A stretch of DNA of 63,051 bases, the filler included. It is 7 parts of 7 records of this genome, joined end to end, with 100 filler letters (N's around TTAATTAATTAA, not from the genome) between each part and the next. Parts side by side here need not be neighbours in the genome. Positions count along the whole stretch, not along the records: positions 49,508 to 55,026 come from SRR31156797_44208; positions 55,127 to 63,051 come from SRR31156797_44218; 5 more parts are not named here. The stretch is one strand, 5' to 3'. The notes under the pieces are model-generated. The model ran no database searches, was not told the DNA's origin, and was given only the letters and a program-made list of their open reading frames with translations. This document shows, one piece after another, positions 51,166 through 59,305 of this stretch (its first letter is position 1; each line of letters starts with the position of its first letter). Both the position numbers and the translations under genes were made by a program.

Positions 51166-51365
51166 TTCCTAGCTCCTTTATTCTATTTTATGGTGTTTCA
51201 GATTGTTCGATTCTCTTTAGTCTTTATTTTTGTATAAGAAAAACTTTGATTTGATGGCTTATAAATCTAAATACTTCAAGCAGATTTCCACCAAATATAG
51301 TTTTAATTGTATCTTTTCCCATGCTGTGTCTTGGGGCCACCGGGATCACCGGATAGGCCAATCCT

Positions 51366-51641
51366 TTAATCAGTTTCTGTTTCAAGTTGTTTTTCTATCG
51401 CGTCTAAATCCAGATCCAATATTGTTGAGTTTTTTTTCTTCTCAAGGCTTAACTTGTTAAAGGGAATTCCATACTTTGGAGATTTAACCGAACCCGTCTG
51501 AGTATCAATTATAAGTCTATGATCTACTGGAGAAAACTGATATCTACCATTTGTAGGTAAACACCAGTCGCGAAAAATAAAAAAGAAACATATCGAAATC
51601 AATATTCCTATTATTACGGATTTTATGTCTATTGTGCCCAT
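51366..51641 (-). CDS. Small membrane-anchored hypothetical protein
   Basis: IDIKSVIIGILI TM then NGRYQ...IIDTQTG. Confidence 0.68.
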   Translation of the reverse strand: MGTIDIKSVIIGILISICFFFIFRDWCLPTNGRYQFSPVDHRLIIDTQTGSVKSPKYGIPFNKLSLEKKKNSTILDLDLDAIEKQLETETD

Positions 51642-51653
51642 AAATATATTCCT

Positions 51654-52148
51654 TTATTTTGGTGCGGTTTTTTCGTCTTGTGGGTTTTCTAATGAGGGTA
51701 GCCTCTCATACATTGCATCCCTAACTTCTTCTGCCAACTGCTCTGCTTCTGCTTCCCATGGTTGATGTTCAGAAGAAAAATAATTGGGATCTTCGGCCTT
51801 AAGATTGGTGAACTTTTCCCCTTTCCAAATAGAGTACCCCATACAAGGTTCCCAATCACCTTTACAAATCTGTGCGAGATGTATTGCTTCATGGGGAATT
51901 CCCCATGCAAGAGCATTTGTATCGTACTTGGGATTAAAGACCATTACTGCTCTGCCAGCATTGTCAATTGATGCGGCAAGAAAAAATTGTAGAGATTCCA
52001 ATCTGTCACTCATGTCATGCCGAACATTAATTTGTCCACTTTCTAATTCATTTTTGTTCACGAAACCTTTTTCGATGAGAAACAGCAAGCATTCGTTTAG
52101 CACTAATTCAACGGACTTTTTTTTATATTCAACTGGTGTGAGTTCCAT
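51654..52148 (-). CDS. Putative HExxH metallopeptidase
   Basis: RBS AGGAGG; PHEAIHLAQ...Y...PWEAEA. Confidence 0.72.
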   Translation of the reverse strand: MELTPVEYKKKSVELVLNECLLFLIEKGFVNKNELESGQINVRHDMSDRLESLQFFLAASIDNAGRAVMVFNPKYDTNALAWGIPHEAIHLAQICKGDWEPCMGYSIWKGEKFTNLKAEDPNYFSSEHQPWEAEAEQLAEEVRDAMYERLPSLENPQDEKTAPK

Positions 52149-52189
52149 GTTCCTCCTGAGGCCATCCGGATCTGCCGGGGTCACATCCC

Positions 52190-52447
52190 CTATTCTGGTT
52201 CAGTTTGAAATCGAATTGGTGGGCTGTTTTTTGCTCCCTTGAGTGCTTGTTCTGGCACCTTACTTACGGTAAGATTGTTATCTTTTGCCCATCTCAAAAA
52301 CAACTCCTCATCGATACACTTATATTCGAATGAATCTGGGTGTGGTTCTGAAGATGGAAATAATAAGGCAATTTGTCTATATGGAATAACAATATCATCT
52401 CCACCATGTTCTTCAATCGCTTTTAAAAGCCTCTCTTCATTATTCAT
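52190..52447 (-). CDS. Hypothetical protein
   Basis: 85 aa; flanked by repeats on both sides. Confidence 0.65.
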   Translation of the reverse strand: MNNEERLLKAIEEHGGDDIVIPYRQIALLFPSSEPHPDSFEYKCIDEELFLRWAKDNNLTVSKVPEQALKGAKNSPPIRFQTEPE

Positions 52448-52460
52448 CTATCCGACTCCT

Positions 52461-52819
52461 CTATTTTGGTTCAATTTTTTGGGGTTTAAGAACAACTTTT
52501 ATCCCGGCTCCCGCCTGGAATGACACAATTAAAGCCCCTGACTCCCTTCCCCTGTAACCCATACCTCCACCTGAGAGACATCATAACCTTTAAAGTACTT
52601 TACTATCTCGTCTAATGTTTTCTTTTTCAGAGTTTTAATTGTCGGAACTAGCTCAGAAGAAAATCCAGATGCTGGTTGTGGGTCTAAAAAATCTCTTGCC
52701 ACATATTCTATTTGAGGTATCAACAAGACAGTGGAACTATCTTTTTTTTCTTCGGCGGAGGCAACTGCAGAAAGACTAAAGAAAAAAAGAACGGCAATTA
52801 TCATTGTTTTTTTATTCAT
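52461..52819 (-). pseudogene. Secreted protein with a one-base frameshift near 52535
   Basis: Signal peptide MNKKTMIIAV...ASA; adding one G to the GGGG run continues GALIVSFQAGAGIKVVLKPQKIEPK* ending in the repeat. Confidence 0.65.
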
Positions 52820-53211
52820 TGATCCTCTCCCTTCTTTTGATATATTTTCCAATTTACCTATCGAATGCCCTTGAAAATGTGGCTTTATTAGTTTTCACGG
52901 AATCCGCTTATCAACCACTTAACAATAAATAACAGGCCGTGAAGCAAGGCGTCAAATCTTCTTCCAGTAGTCCACTTACTGAAGAAGAAAAGGAAATTCC
53001 TTCGAATGTCTTATTTATTTTCAAGGCTGTACCATAATACTCTTCAAGCTTGCCTTGATCCCAATGAAAACGAGCAAAAACCTCTTCTACTTCGGGTTTA
53101 AATTTGTGGTTTGTAAACTAAACACCAGCAATACACCCAAAGATTGACGTTAAAATGGCAACGATTGTAAAAACACGATTCAACCCCTTTTTATAAAACC
53201 ACTCCAGCTAT

Positions 53212-53628
53212 CTATTTTGGTTTACTGCTTAATATATCAACCACAACTTCCTTGGTTTCATCGTATTTAATAACTTTTAACGTTATTAAATAGTTTTTAT
53301 CCTCAGACTTAAACGTTATGGGTAAATCATTCTCTAAAAATAGATATTTTTCTCCATCGACCTTTATTTGAGCATTCCCACCTTGCCCTGGGACATCTAT
53401 TATGTAGGCGAGAAGTGTATTATCTTGCGCTTTAATACTTGGGTTTGTTTTTTCAGAAAAGACTAAATCAGACTCTACAACTGAAAATGTGACTGGTGGA
53501 ATTATGCTTTCTTTCATAGTGACCGGTTTGCTGAAAGCATTTACAATTACACCAGCAATAACGGCTCCAGCAATCGCTGCACCCCATTTAAAAAAAGGTT
53601 TTGAAAATACATTGGAATTCATGTTCAT
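53212..53628 (-). CDS. Membrane-anchored hypothetical protein
   Basis: RBS AAGGAG; N-terminal TM; ends SKPK* in repeat. Confidence 0.7.
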   Translation of the reverse strand: MNMNSNVFSKPFFKWGAAIAGAVIAGVIVNAFSKPVTMKESIIPPVTFSVVESDLVFSEKTNPSIKAQDNTLLAYIIDVPGQGGNAQIKVDGEKYLFLENDLPITFKSEDKNYLITLKVIKYDETKEVVVDILSSKPK

Positions 53629-53703
53629 AGGATCTCCTTTCAGCCCGTTTAAAGGAGTTATTAGACCGGGCTTTGATTTATATTCATTTAAGAAAGAGTC
53701 TTA

Positions 53704-53967
53704 CTAATTCCAGGCATTTAAAACAAGCTGTCTTTTTTCCGGTCCAAGCACCTGTAAGTAAACCTCAGTGGTTTTAGTGTCTGCATGGCCAAGCAGATCA
53801 CGGACAAGCGTTATTGGTGCGTTACCCTGAAGCATTGCGATTGCAAAGGCATGTCTTAAACCTTTGCAGGTAGCTTGAGGACCAGATATCCCGGCGGCAG
53901 CCATGACATTTTTCACTGTTCGCCAGGTCGTTGACCTGCTGTAAGTCCAAAATGGTTTTTTCTCCAT
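53704..53967 (-). pseudogene. Tyrosine recombinase C-terminal remnant
   Basis: KGLRHAFA, LLGHAD, TTEVY; N-terminal half absent (in-frame stops just upstream). Confidence 0.82.
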
Positions 53968-54028
53968 TTTTTCAACATATTGTTGCAGTTTTTTTTATTA
54001 CCCAGCATTATTATCCAGGGGAGCGCGG

Positions 54029-54811
54029 CTATGTATCTAATGAGTCCTCCCATTCCGATCCCATAACCCATGATAATGCTGATAAACGACCACTTACCAG
54101 ACCCCATTCGAAATCATCCCATCCTAGATTTTCCCGCCCATATTGTTGTTCTATAAGCTGTGCAGCTTTTTTTGCTTTCTCTAAAATTGGTTTTTGTTCA
54201 TTGGATATAACTTCTTCTCCAATCTCGATTTTGTATATCCAATTTTTATGACGATTCCACCAAACTTTATCCCAAAATTCTTTTTGAGCCGCAAGGATAT
54301 CGTTGTCGTTTCTACGAAGAATCATTGACCATTCGTCATCTGGGGATTCTTCGTCGGGTATCCACTCAACTTTATCCCCTTTTTCTGTGTATCCAACTCG
54401 GTAACCGTTTGGCCCTACTTCACCTGGTTTTACAGGATCTATAGTTTCTGCATCAGAACGCTTTCTAGGCCCTAAGACTTCAAGGTATCTCTCGAATTCA
54501 TCAGGCGTGATTTTATTTTTTTTATGTACGAGAAGTAGATCCGTAGCTCTTGAAGCATTATCAAGCTCCCTGTCCTTTCCAATCAAGGCTTCAGGCCTAA
54601 AAAATGAAAGCGCGGCAACAATACAAACAAGAATAAAAATTAAAATCACCATACTAATGATTAAAAAATTTCTATCTTGACCTTGGGTTAAGCCGACGGA
54701 CAGCCCTAAAAGGCACTCTACAACCAGAACAGTCAATGTGAAGAATCCAATAGGAGTTTGTACTGCTTGAATGATGCCCTGTCTATTCGATTTATTATTT
54801 TCAGTTTTCAC
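54029..54811 (-). CDS. Two-TM hypothetical protein with conserved-looking C-terminal domain
   Basis: RBS AGGAGG, GTG start; TPIGFFTL TMs; WDKVWWNRH...DDFEWG...LSALSWV.G.EW..LDT. Confidence 0.7.
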   Translation of the reverse strand: MKTENNKSNRQGIIQAVQTPIGFFTLTVLVVECLLGLSVGLTQGQDRNFLIISMVILIFILVCIVAALSFFRPEALIGKDRELDNASRATDLLLVHKKNKITPDEFERYLEVLGPRKRSDAETIDPVKPGEVGPNGYRVGYTEKGDKVEWIPDEESPDDEWSMILRRNDNDILAAQKEFWDKVWWNRHKNWIYKIEIGEEVISNEQKPILEKAKKAAQLIEQQYGRENLGWDDFEWGLVSGRLSALSWVMGSEWEDSLDT

Positions 54812-55026
54812 CTACAGAAACCTCCTATCAAATAAAAGCGTATTTCCAGGACTTTTTACGTTGTCTATTTAGTTGAATCTTCCAGTAACAATTTTATGAT
54901 GAAAATTGCAACAATCAATTTAATGCCCTGATAAATTTCCTTTTCAGAATTACGAAGATAAAAAAACCGCATTTCGGTTTTTCATGGAGCCAATAGAGGC
55001 AGGTCAATACGCAAATCCTATAGTTT

Positions 55027-55126
55027 NNNNNNNNNNNNNNNNNNNNNNNNNNNNNNNNNNNNNNNNNNNNTTAATTAATTAANNNNNNNNNNNNNNNNNN
55101 NNNNNNNNNNNNNNNNNNNNNNNNNN
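55027..55126. other. Artificial contig spacer
   Basis: N run with TTAATTAATTAA. Confidence 0.99.
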
Positions 55127-55165
55127 ATATATGTCTATACAGGAAATAGATTACTATTTGGCAAT

Positions 55166-55921
55166 CTATTTCCTGGGCTTGTACTCGCCAAGCTCGAGTT
55201 CCAGGACATATTTGTCCCCCCGGCAATAGGAGTAGAGAAGCTCCACAGGGGTGTCATGCCGGTCATAGGTGAGATTCTCCATGAGTAAACCCGCTGATTT
55301 TTCAGGCAGATTGAACATGGTTGAAACCTTTTTATCCAGGTTGACCGCCCGGATCACCTGGTGGGATTTTACCAGCTCTATATTGAATTTTTCCGTAAGG
55401 ACCCGGTACAGGGAACCGGCGGCATCTTCGGCGGTAAGATCCTTGAACATGTTGTAGGGCAAATAGCTCTCCTCATATATAAAAGGCGCACCGTCACCGG
55501 TTCTCAACCGCTTGAGAAACATCACCCGCCGTTCGGCCCCGAGGAGCAGCTTCTCTGCGACCTTTTTGTCGGCAATCCCGTGCTCAAGCTCGAGAACGAT
55601 GGTCTTCTCCTCCAGGTTTGCCGCCCCAAAATAGTCCTTGAAGCTTGCGATCTTGTTGATATCATGGCGCAATTCCACCCCCGGAGACTCCGCCACAAAG
55701 GAGCCGACGCCCTTGACCTTCTTAAGGAGTCCCTTGGCAACAAGCTCGGAGATGGCCTGCCTCAGGGTATTTCGGTTGACACCGCACATTTTTGACAGTT
55801 CAACCTCGGAGGGAAGCTTCTCCCCGCCCTTGAACCGGCCGGTATCGATGAGCTCCGTCAACCACTGGCTGATCTGAAGATATTTCGGAACAGGATTGTC
55901 AAGATCCACAATTTTCATCAC
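55166..55921 (-). CDS. GntR-family (HutC/UTRA) transcriptional regulator
   Basis: PKYLQI, LPSE.EL, VNRNTLRQAI, G.GSFV; UTRA domain. Confidence 0.93.
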   Translation of the reverse strand: MMKIVDLDNPVPKYLQISQWLTELIDTGRFKGGEKLPSEVELSKMCGVNRNTLRQAISELVAKGLLKKVKGVGSFVAESPGVELRHDINKIASFKDYFGAANLEEKTIVLELEHGIADKKVAEKLLLGAERRVMFLKRLRTGDGAPFIYEESYLPYNMFKDLTAEDAAGSLYRVLTEKFNIELVKSHQVIRAVNLDKKVSTMFNLPEKSAGLLMENLTYDRHDTPVELLYSYCRGDKYVLELELGEYKPRK

Positions 55922-56231
55922 AACACCTTATGATTTAAGCGGCTTACAAACCCGTGCGTTGTTGGTTTATTCGCCTTTGATTGCCGTTAAAAAACTAAAA
56001 CCCCCATGGTTTCCCCGGCCCTGTAAGCCTGGGTCAATGGCAGCTACACATCCATACATCACAACTAAACAGAGATCAACAAAAAGATCGAGATATACCT
56101 TCCTGATTCCAGGTCTCACCACACGACGGTAACCGCCTTGATTCACAGGCAGGAACACTTATTAATAAAGGAATTGTCCGTCACCTGGAAACAGGGGTCA
56201 ACCCTTTTTTCACCGGACCCGTATTTTTTTG

Positions 56232-56277
56232 TTGACAAAAAAGTGATAGCAAATTACACCTGTATAGAACTCTATAC
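56232..56277 (+). promoter_or_regulatory. Candidate promoter with palindromic operator
   Basis: TTGACA-17 bp-TACACC followed by GTATAG-AACT-CTATAC. Confidence 0.55.
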
Positions 56278-56794
56278 TTGAACACTAATCATTAACAAGG
56301 TGATTGCATGTTTTGGTTCAGAAAAAGACAATTTGTCATTCCCCGCACCATGGAAATTGAAAGCACACGGCACCCATGGATTTCTGAATCAGCCGCCCCG
56401 GCATCCCGCCGGCTCATGGGCGCTCACACATCATCCACACCTTGCGACACAAAAAACCGAAAGATCAACTCCCAAAGCTTCACTAAAATCCATCCTTTTA
56501 TCAGAAACGCCGGTACAATGGAAGGCAAAACCGGTACTTTCCACAACCTGTACGCTGATAAAGGGGATGAATTTTGTAAATACGAACTTGATCGGCATGC
56601 CGGATTTACGTCATCCGCAGGTTCAAACGACCTGGCCCTGACGGGTTCTTCGCGCCCCGGGCCTATAACCGAGCTGGAAAATAAGCAGAGGACATCGCTG
56701 AACTAGAAGAAAAGAACATCATAACAAATCGGCATAAACCTTTGCTTAGAACCACTTTCTACAAAGCAACTTTTTTTAAGGAGTACTAGGTACA

Positions 56795-59221
56795 ATGAAA
56801 GATCAAGCACGAGTAGTTGTCATCGGAGGGGGTATTGTAGGTTGCTCCATCCTTTATCACCTGGCAAAAGCTGGATGGAAAGATGTTGTAATGGTCGAAA
56901 AGGGAGAGGTGACAAGCGGTGCCACCTGTATGGCAGCAGGACTCCTTACACAGTTCAACTCATCCCCCACCATGATGCGGATGAGAAAGTACAGTTCAGA
57001 GCTCTACGAATCACTGGGCGCCTATGAGAAGGTCGGAAGTCTCCGGATGGCCGCCAGCAAAGAGCAGCACATGACCCTCCAGCGGGCCGTCAGTACCGCC
57101 AAGGGTGTGGGCCTGGACGTGGAAATGATCTCCCCCGAAGAGGCAATGAAAATCATGCCCTGGGCCAGCAGCGAAGACCTCTACAGCGCGGTTCACCTTC
57201 CCAATGACGGCCACATCGATCCCCACGGAACCACCTACGCCGTGGCAAAGGCGGCAAAAGATCTCGGGGCCGAAATATACATCAAGACAATGGTCACCGG
57301 CATCGAGCTCACCCCCGACGGCGAGGTTTCCAAGGTTCTCACCGACAAGGGCGACATCAAGACCAACATCGTGGTTAACGCCGCGGGTCTCTGGGGCAAG
57401 CAGGTGGCCGCCATGGCCGGTATCAACGTACCCTCGACCCCCGTCGTTCACCAGCATCTGGCCCTCCAGGCCGTGCCCGGCAAGGAAGTTCCCGACGGCG
57501 GCCCCTGCTTCCGTGATACGGACCGGCTCATCTACGGCCGCCCCGAGCACGGCGGCATCCTGTTCGGCGGCTGGGAGATCAACCCGCCCTCCATCTGGGA
57601 GGACGGTGTCCCCTGGAGCCACAGCGCCACGGAAGTTCAGTCTGACTTTGACCGGTACGAGCACCTGCTCGTCAACGCCATCAAGCGGTTCCCCTTCCTT
57701 GAAGAAGCCGGCATCGAGCGCCTTGTGGCCCATCCCGACGCATTCACCCCGGATTCCAAGCCCCTCATCGGCCCCTGGCCCACGGTCAAGGGTTTCTGGA
57801 TGGCCTGCAGTCTCTCCATGGAGGGATTCGGTGCGGCCGGCGGTATGGGTAAGGCCCTTTCCGAGTGGATCATCGACGGAGAGACCGAAGTGGACCTCTT
57901 CGGCTACCATGCATGGCGGTTCGGCAAGAACTTCAAGGATCCCCACTATGCGGCATCCTGCGGCCGTGAATGCTACAAGTACTACTACTACACCAGATAC
58001 CCCGGCGACGAAGACACGGAAATGCGTCCCAGGCGCATCTCTCCCTTCCATTACAGGCTCCAGGACCTCGGCGCCGTATTCGGCAAGAAAAACGGCTGGG
58101 AGCGGGTCAACTACATAGCCAAGGGCCAGCCCTGGCGCCGTGCCGGTGAGGATCAGCGGGAATACGGCGGATGGGTCAAGGCGCCCAGCTTTGACACCAT
58201 CGGCGAAGAGTGCAAGGCCATCCGGGAGAGGGTCGGCATGGTGGATCTCACCTCCTTCGGCAAGATCGAATTCAAGGGCCCCGGCGCCCTGCCCCTGCTC
58301 AACCGCATCGCCATCTCAGAGATGGACAAACCCGTGGGCTCCTGCATTTACACCCAGTTCTGCGACCACACGGGCGGCATCCTCTCCGACGTGACCATCA
58401 CCCGCCTGGGCGAGGATTACTTCAGACTGGTCACCGGTTCCGGCTTCATCGACAACGACCTCGGCCACATCAAGAGCCAGCTCCGCAAGGACGATCCCGA
58501 AGTCGAGATCCGGGACGTCACCGACGAATACTCGGTACTCGCCTTTTGGGGACCCGATGCGAGAAACGTTCTCGAGAAGGTCACCCAGGACGACGTGTCC
58601 AACGAGGGCCTTCCCTACATGACCGCCAAGACCATCACCATCAATGGTGTCGAGACCCTTGCCCAGCGCGTCTCCTATGCGGGCGAACTCGGATGGGAGT
58701 TCTACACCAGGATGGACAAGGCCATCGTGGTATGGGACAATCTCTGGAACGCCGGCCAGGAGTTCGACGTCGCCGTCTGCGGATACAAGGCCATCAACTC
58801 CCTGCGCCTGGAAAAGGGTTACCTCTACTACAGCGACGACATGACCACCCTGGAGACCCCCTACGAGGCAGGCATCGGATTCACGGTTTGCAAGACAAAA
58901 AAGTTCATCGGCAGCGACGCCCTTGCCAAGGCACGGGAGGCGGGCCTCAGCCAGAAGCTTTGCACCATCACCATCGGTGACGAAGAGTGGCTGCCCCTTT
59001 ACGGCGGAGAGGCCGTGGTAGTGAACGGCGAGGTTGTCAGCCGTCTCAGGGGCACAGGCTACGGCCACACGGTGAAGAAGAACATCGGTAATGTCTACCT
59101 TCCCCTGGAACTTGCCAAGGAAGGAACACCCGTCAACGTTGAAATATTCGGAGAGATGGTTCCGGCGGTCGTCACGGCCCGGGTCCTCTACGATCCCAAG
59201 GGGGAAAGCCTGAGAAAATAA
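56795..59221 (+). CDS. FAD-dependent oxidoreductase with GcvT domain (dimethylglycine/sarcosine dehydrogenase-like)
   Basis: IGGGIVG, SGATCMAAG, FTPD..P, GWER, SYAGELGWE, LRLEKGY, YDPKG. Confidence 0.92.
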   Translation: MKDQARVVVIGGGIVGCSILYHLAKAGWKDVVMVEKGEVTSGATCMAAGLLTQFNSSPTMMRMRKYSSELYESLGAYEKVGSLRMAASKEQHMTLQRAVSTAKGVGLDVEMISPEEAMKIMPWASSEDLYSAVHLPNDGHIDPHGTTYAVAKAAKDLGAEIYIKTMVTGIELTPDGEVSKVLTDKGDIKTNIVVNAAGLWGKQVAAMAGINVPSTPVVHQHLALQAVPGKEVPDGGPCFRDTDRLIYGRPEHGGILFGGWEINPPSIWEDGVPWSHSATEVQSDFDRYEHLLVNAIKRFPFLEEAGIERLVAHPDAFTPDSKPLIGPWPTVKGFWMACSLSMEGFGAAGGMGKALSEWIIDGETEVDLFGYHAWRFGKNFKDPHYAASCGRECYKYYYYTRYPGDEDTEMRPRRISPFHYRLQDLGAVFGKKNGWERVNYIAKGQPWRRAGEDQREYGGWVKAPSFDTIGEECKAIRERVGMVDLTSFGKIEFKGPGALPLLNRIAISEMDKPVGSCIYTQFCDHTGGILSDVTITRLGEDYFRLVTGSGFIDNDLGHIKSQLRKDDPEVEIRDVTDEYSVLAFWGPDARNVLEKVTQDDVSNEGLPYMTAKTITINGVETLAQRVSYAGELGWEFYTRMDKAIVVWDNLWNAGQEFDVAVCGYKAINSLRLEKGYLYYSDDMTTLETPYEAGIGFTVCKTKKFIGSDALAKAREAGLSQKLCTITIGDEEWLPLYGGEAVVVNGEVVSRLRGTGYGHTVKKNIGNVYLPLELAKEGTPVNVEIFGEMVPAVVTARVLYDPKGESLRK

Positions 59222-59235
59222 ACACCTGACATATT

Positions 59236-59269
59236 TTACGGGGCTGTCCTTCAGGGGGCAGCCCCGTAA
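59236..59269. terminator. Intercistronic GC hairpin
   Basis: TTACGGGGCTG-TCCTTCAGGGGG-CAGCCCCGTAA. Confidence 0.6.
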
Positions 59270-59305
59270 TTGATCATTCACCATATAAAGGACAAGAGGC
59301 AGGAA

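Larger units (their letters stand above)
49789..53223 (-). repeat. Dispersed ~16-bp direct repeat at gene boundaries (about 11 copies)
   Basis: Copies at 49789, 50214, 50614, 50907, 51174, 51362, 51650, 52186, 52457, 52828, 53208; consensus G[A/C]A[C/A/G]CARAATARRGGA. Confidence 0.85.

Noticed and set aside
49789-53223. CRISPR array or classical integron/CALIN reading of the repeats
   Set aside because: Spacers are 170-520 bp coding units, repeats are short and degenerate, there are no cas genes, and no GTTRRRY/RYYYAAC attC structure was seen.
54984-55026. Inverted repeat-like GAGCCAATAGAGG and IS91 oriIS-like GCAAATCCTAT at the contig end
   Set aside because: Matches are short and gapped; not distinguishable from chance without more sequence.
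11040-55126. Six identical TTAATTAATTAA motifs within N runs
   Set aside because: Artificial concatenation linkers; ORFs containing X and any cross-spacer gene neighbourhoods are artefacts.
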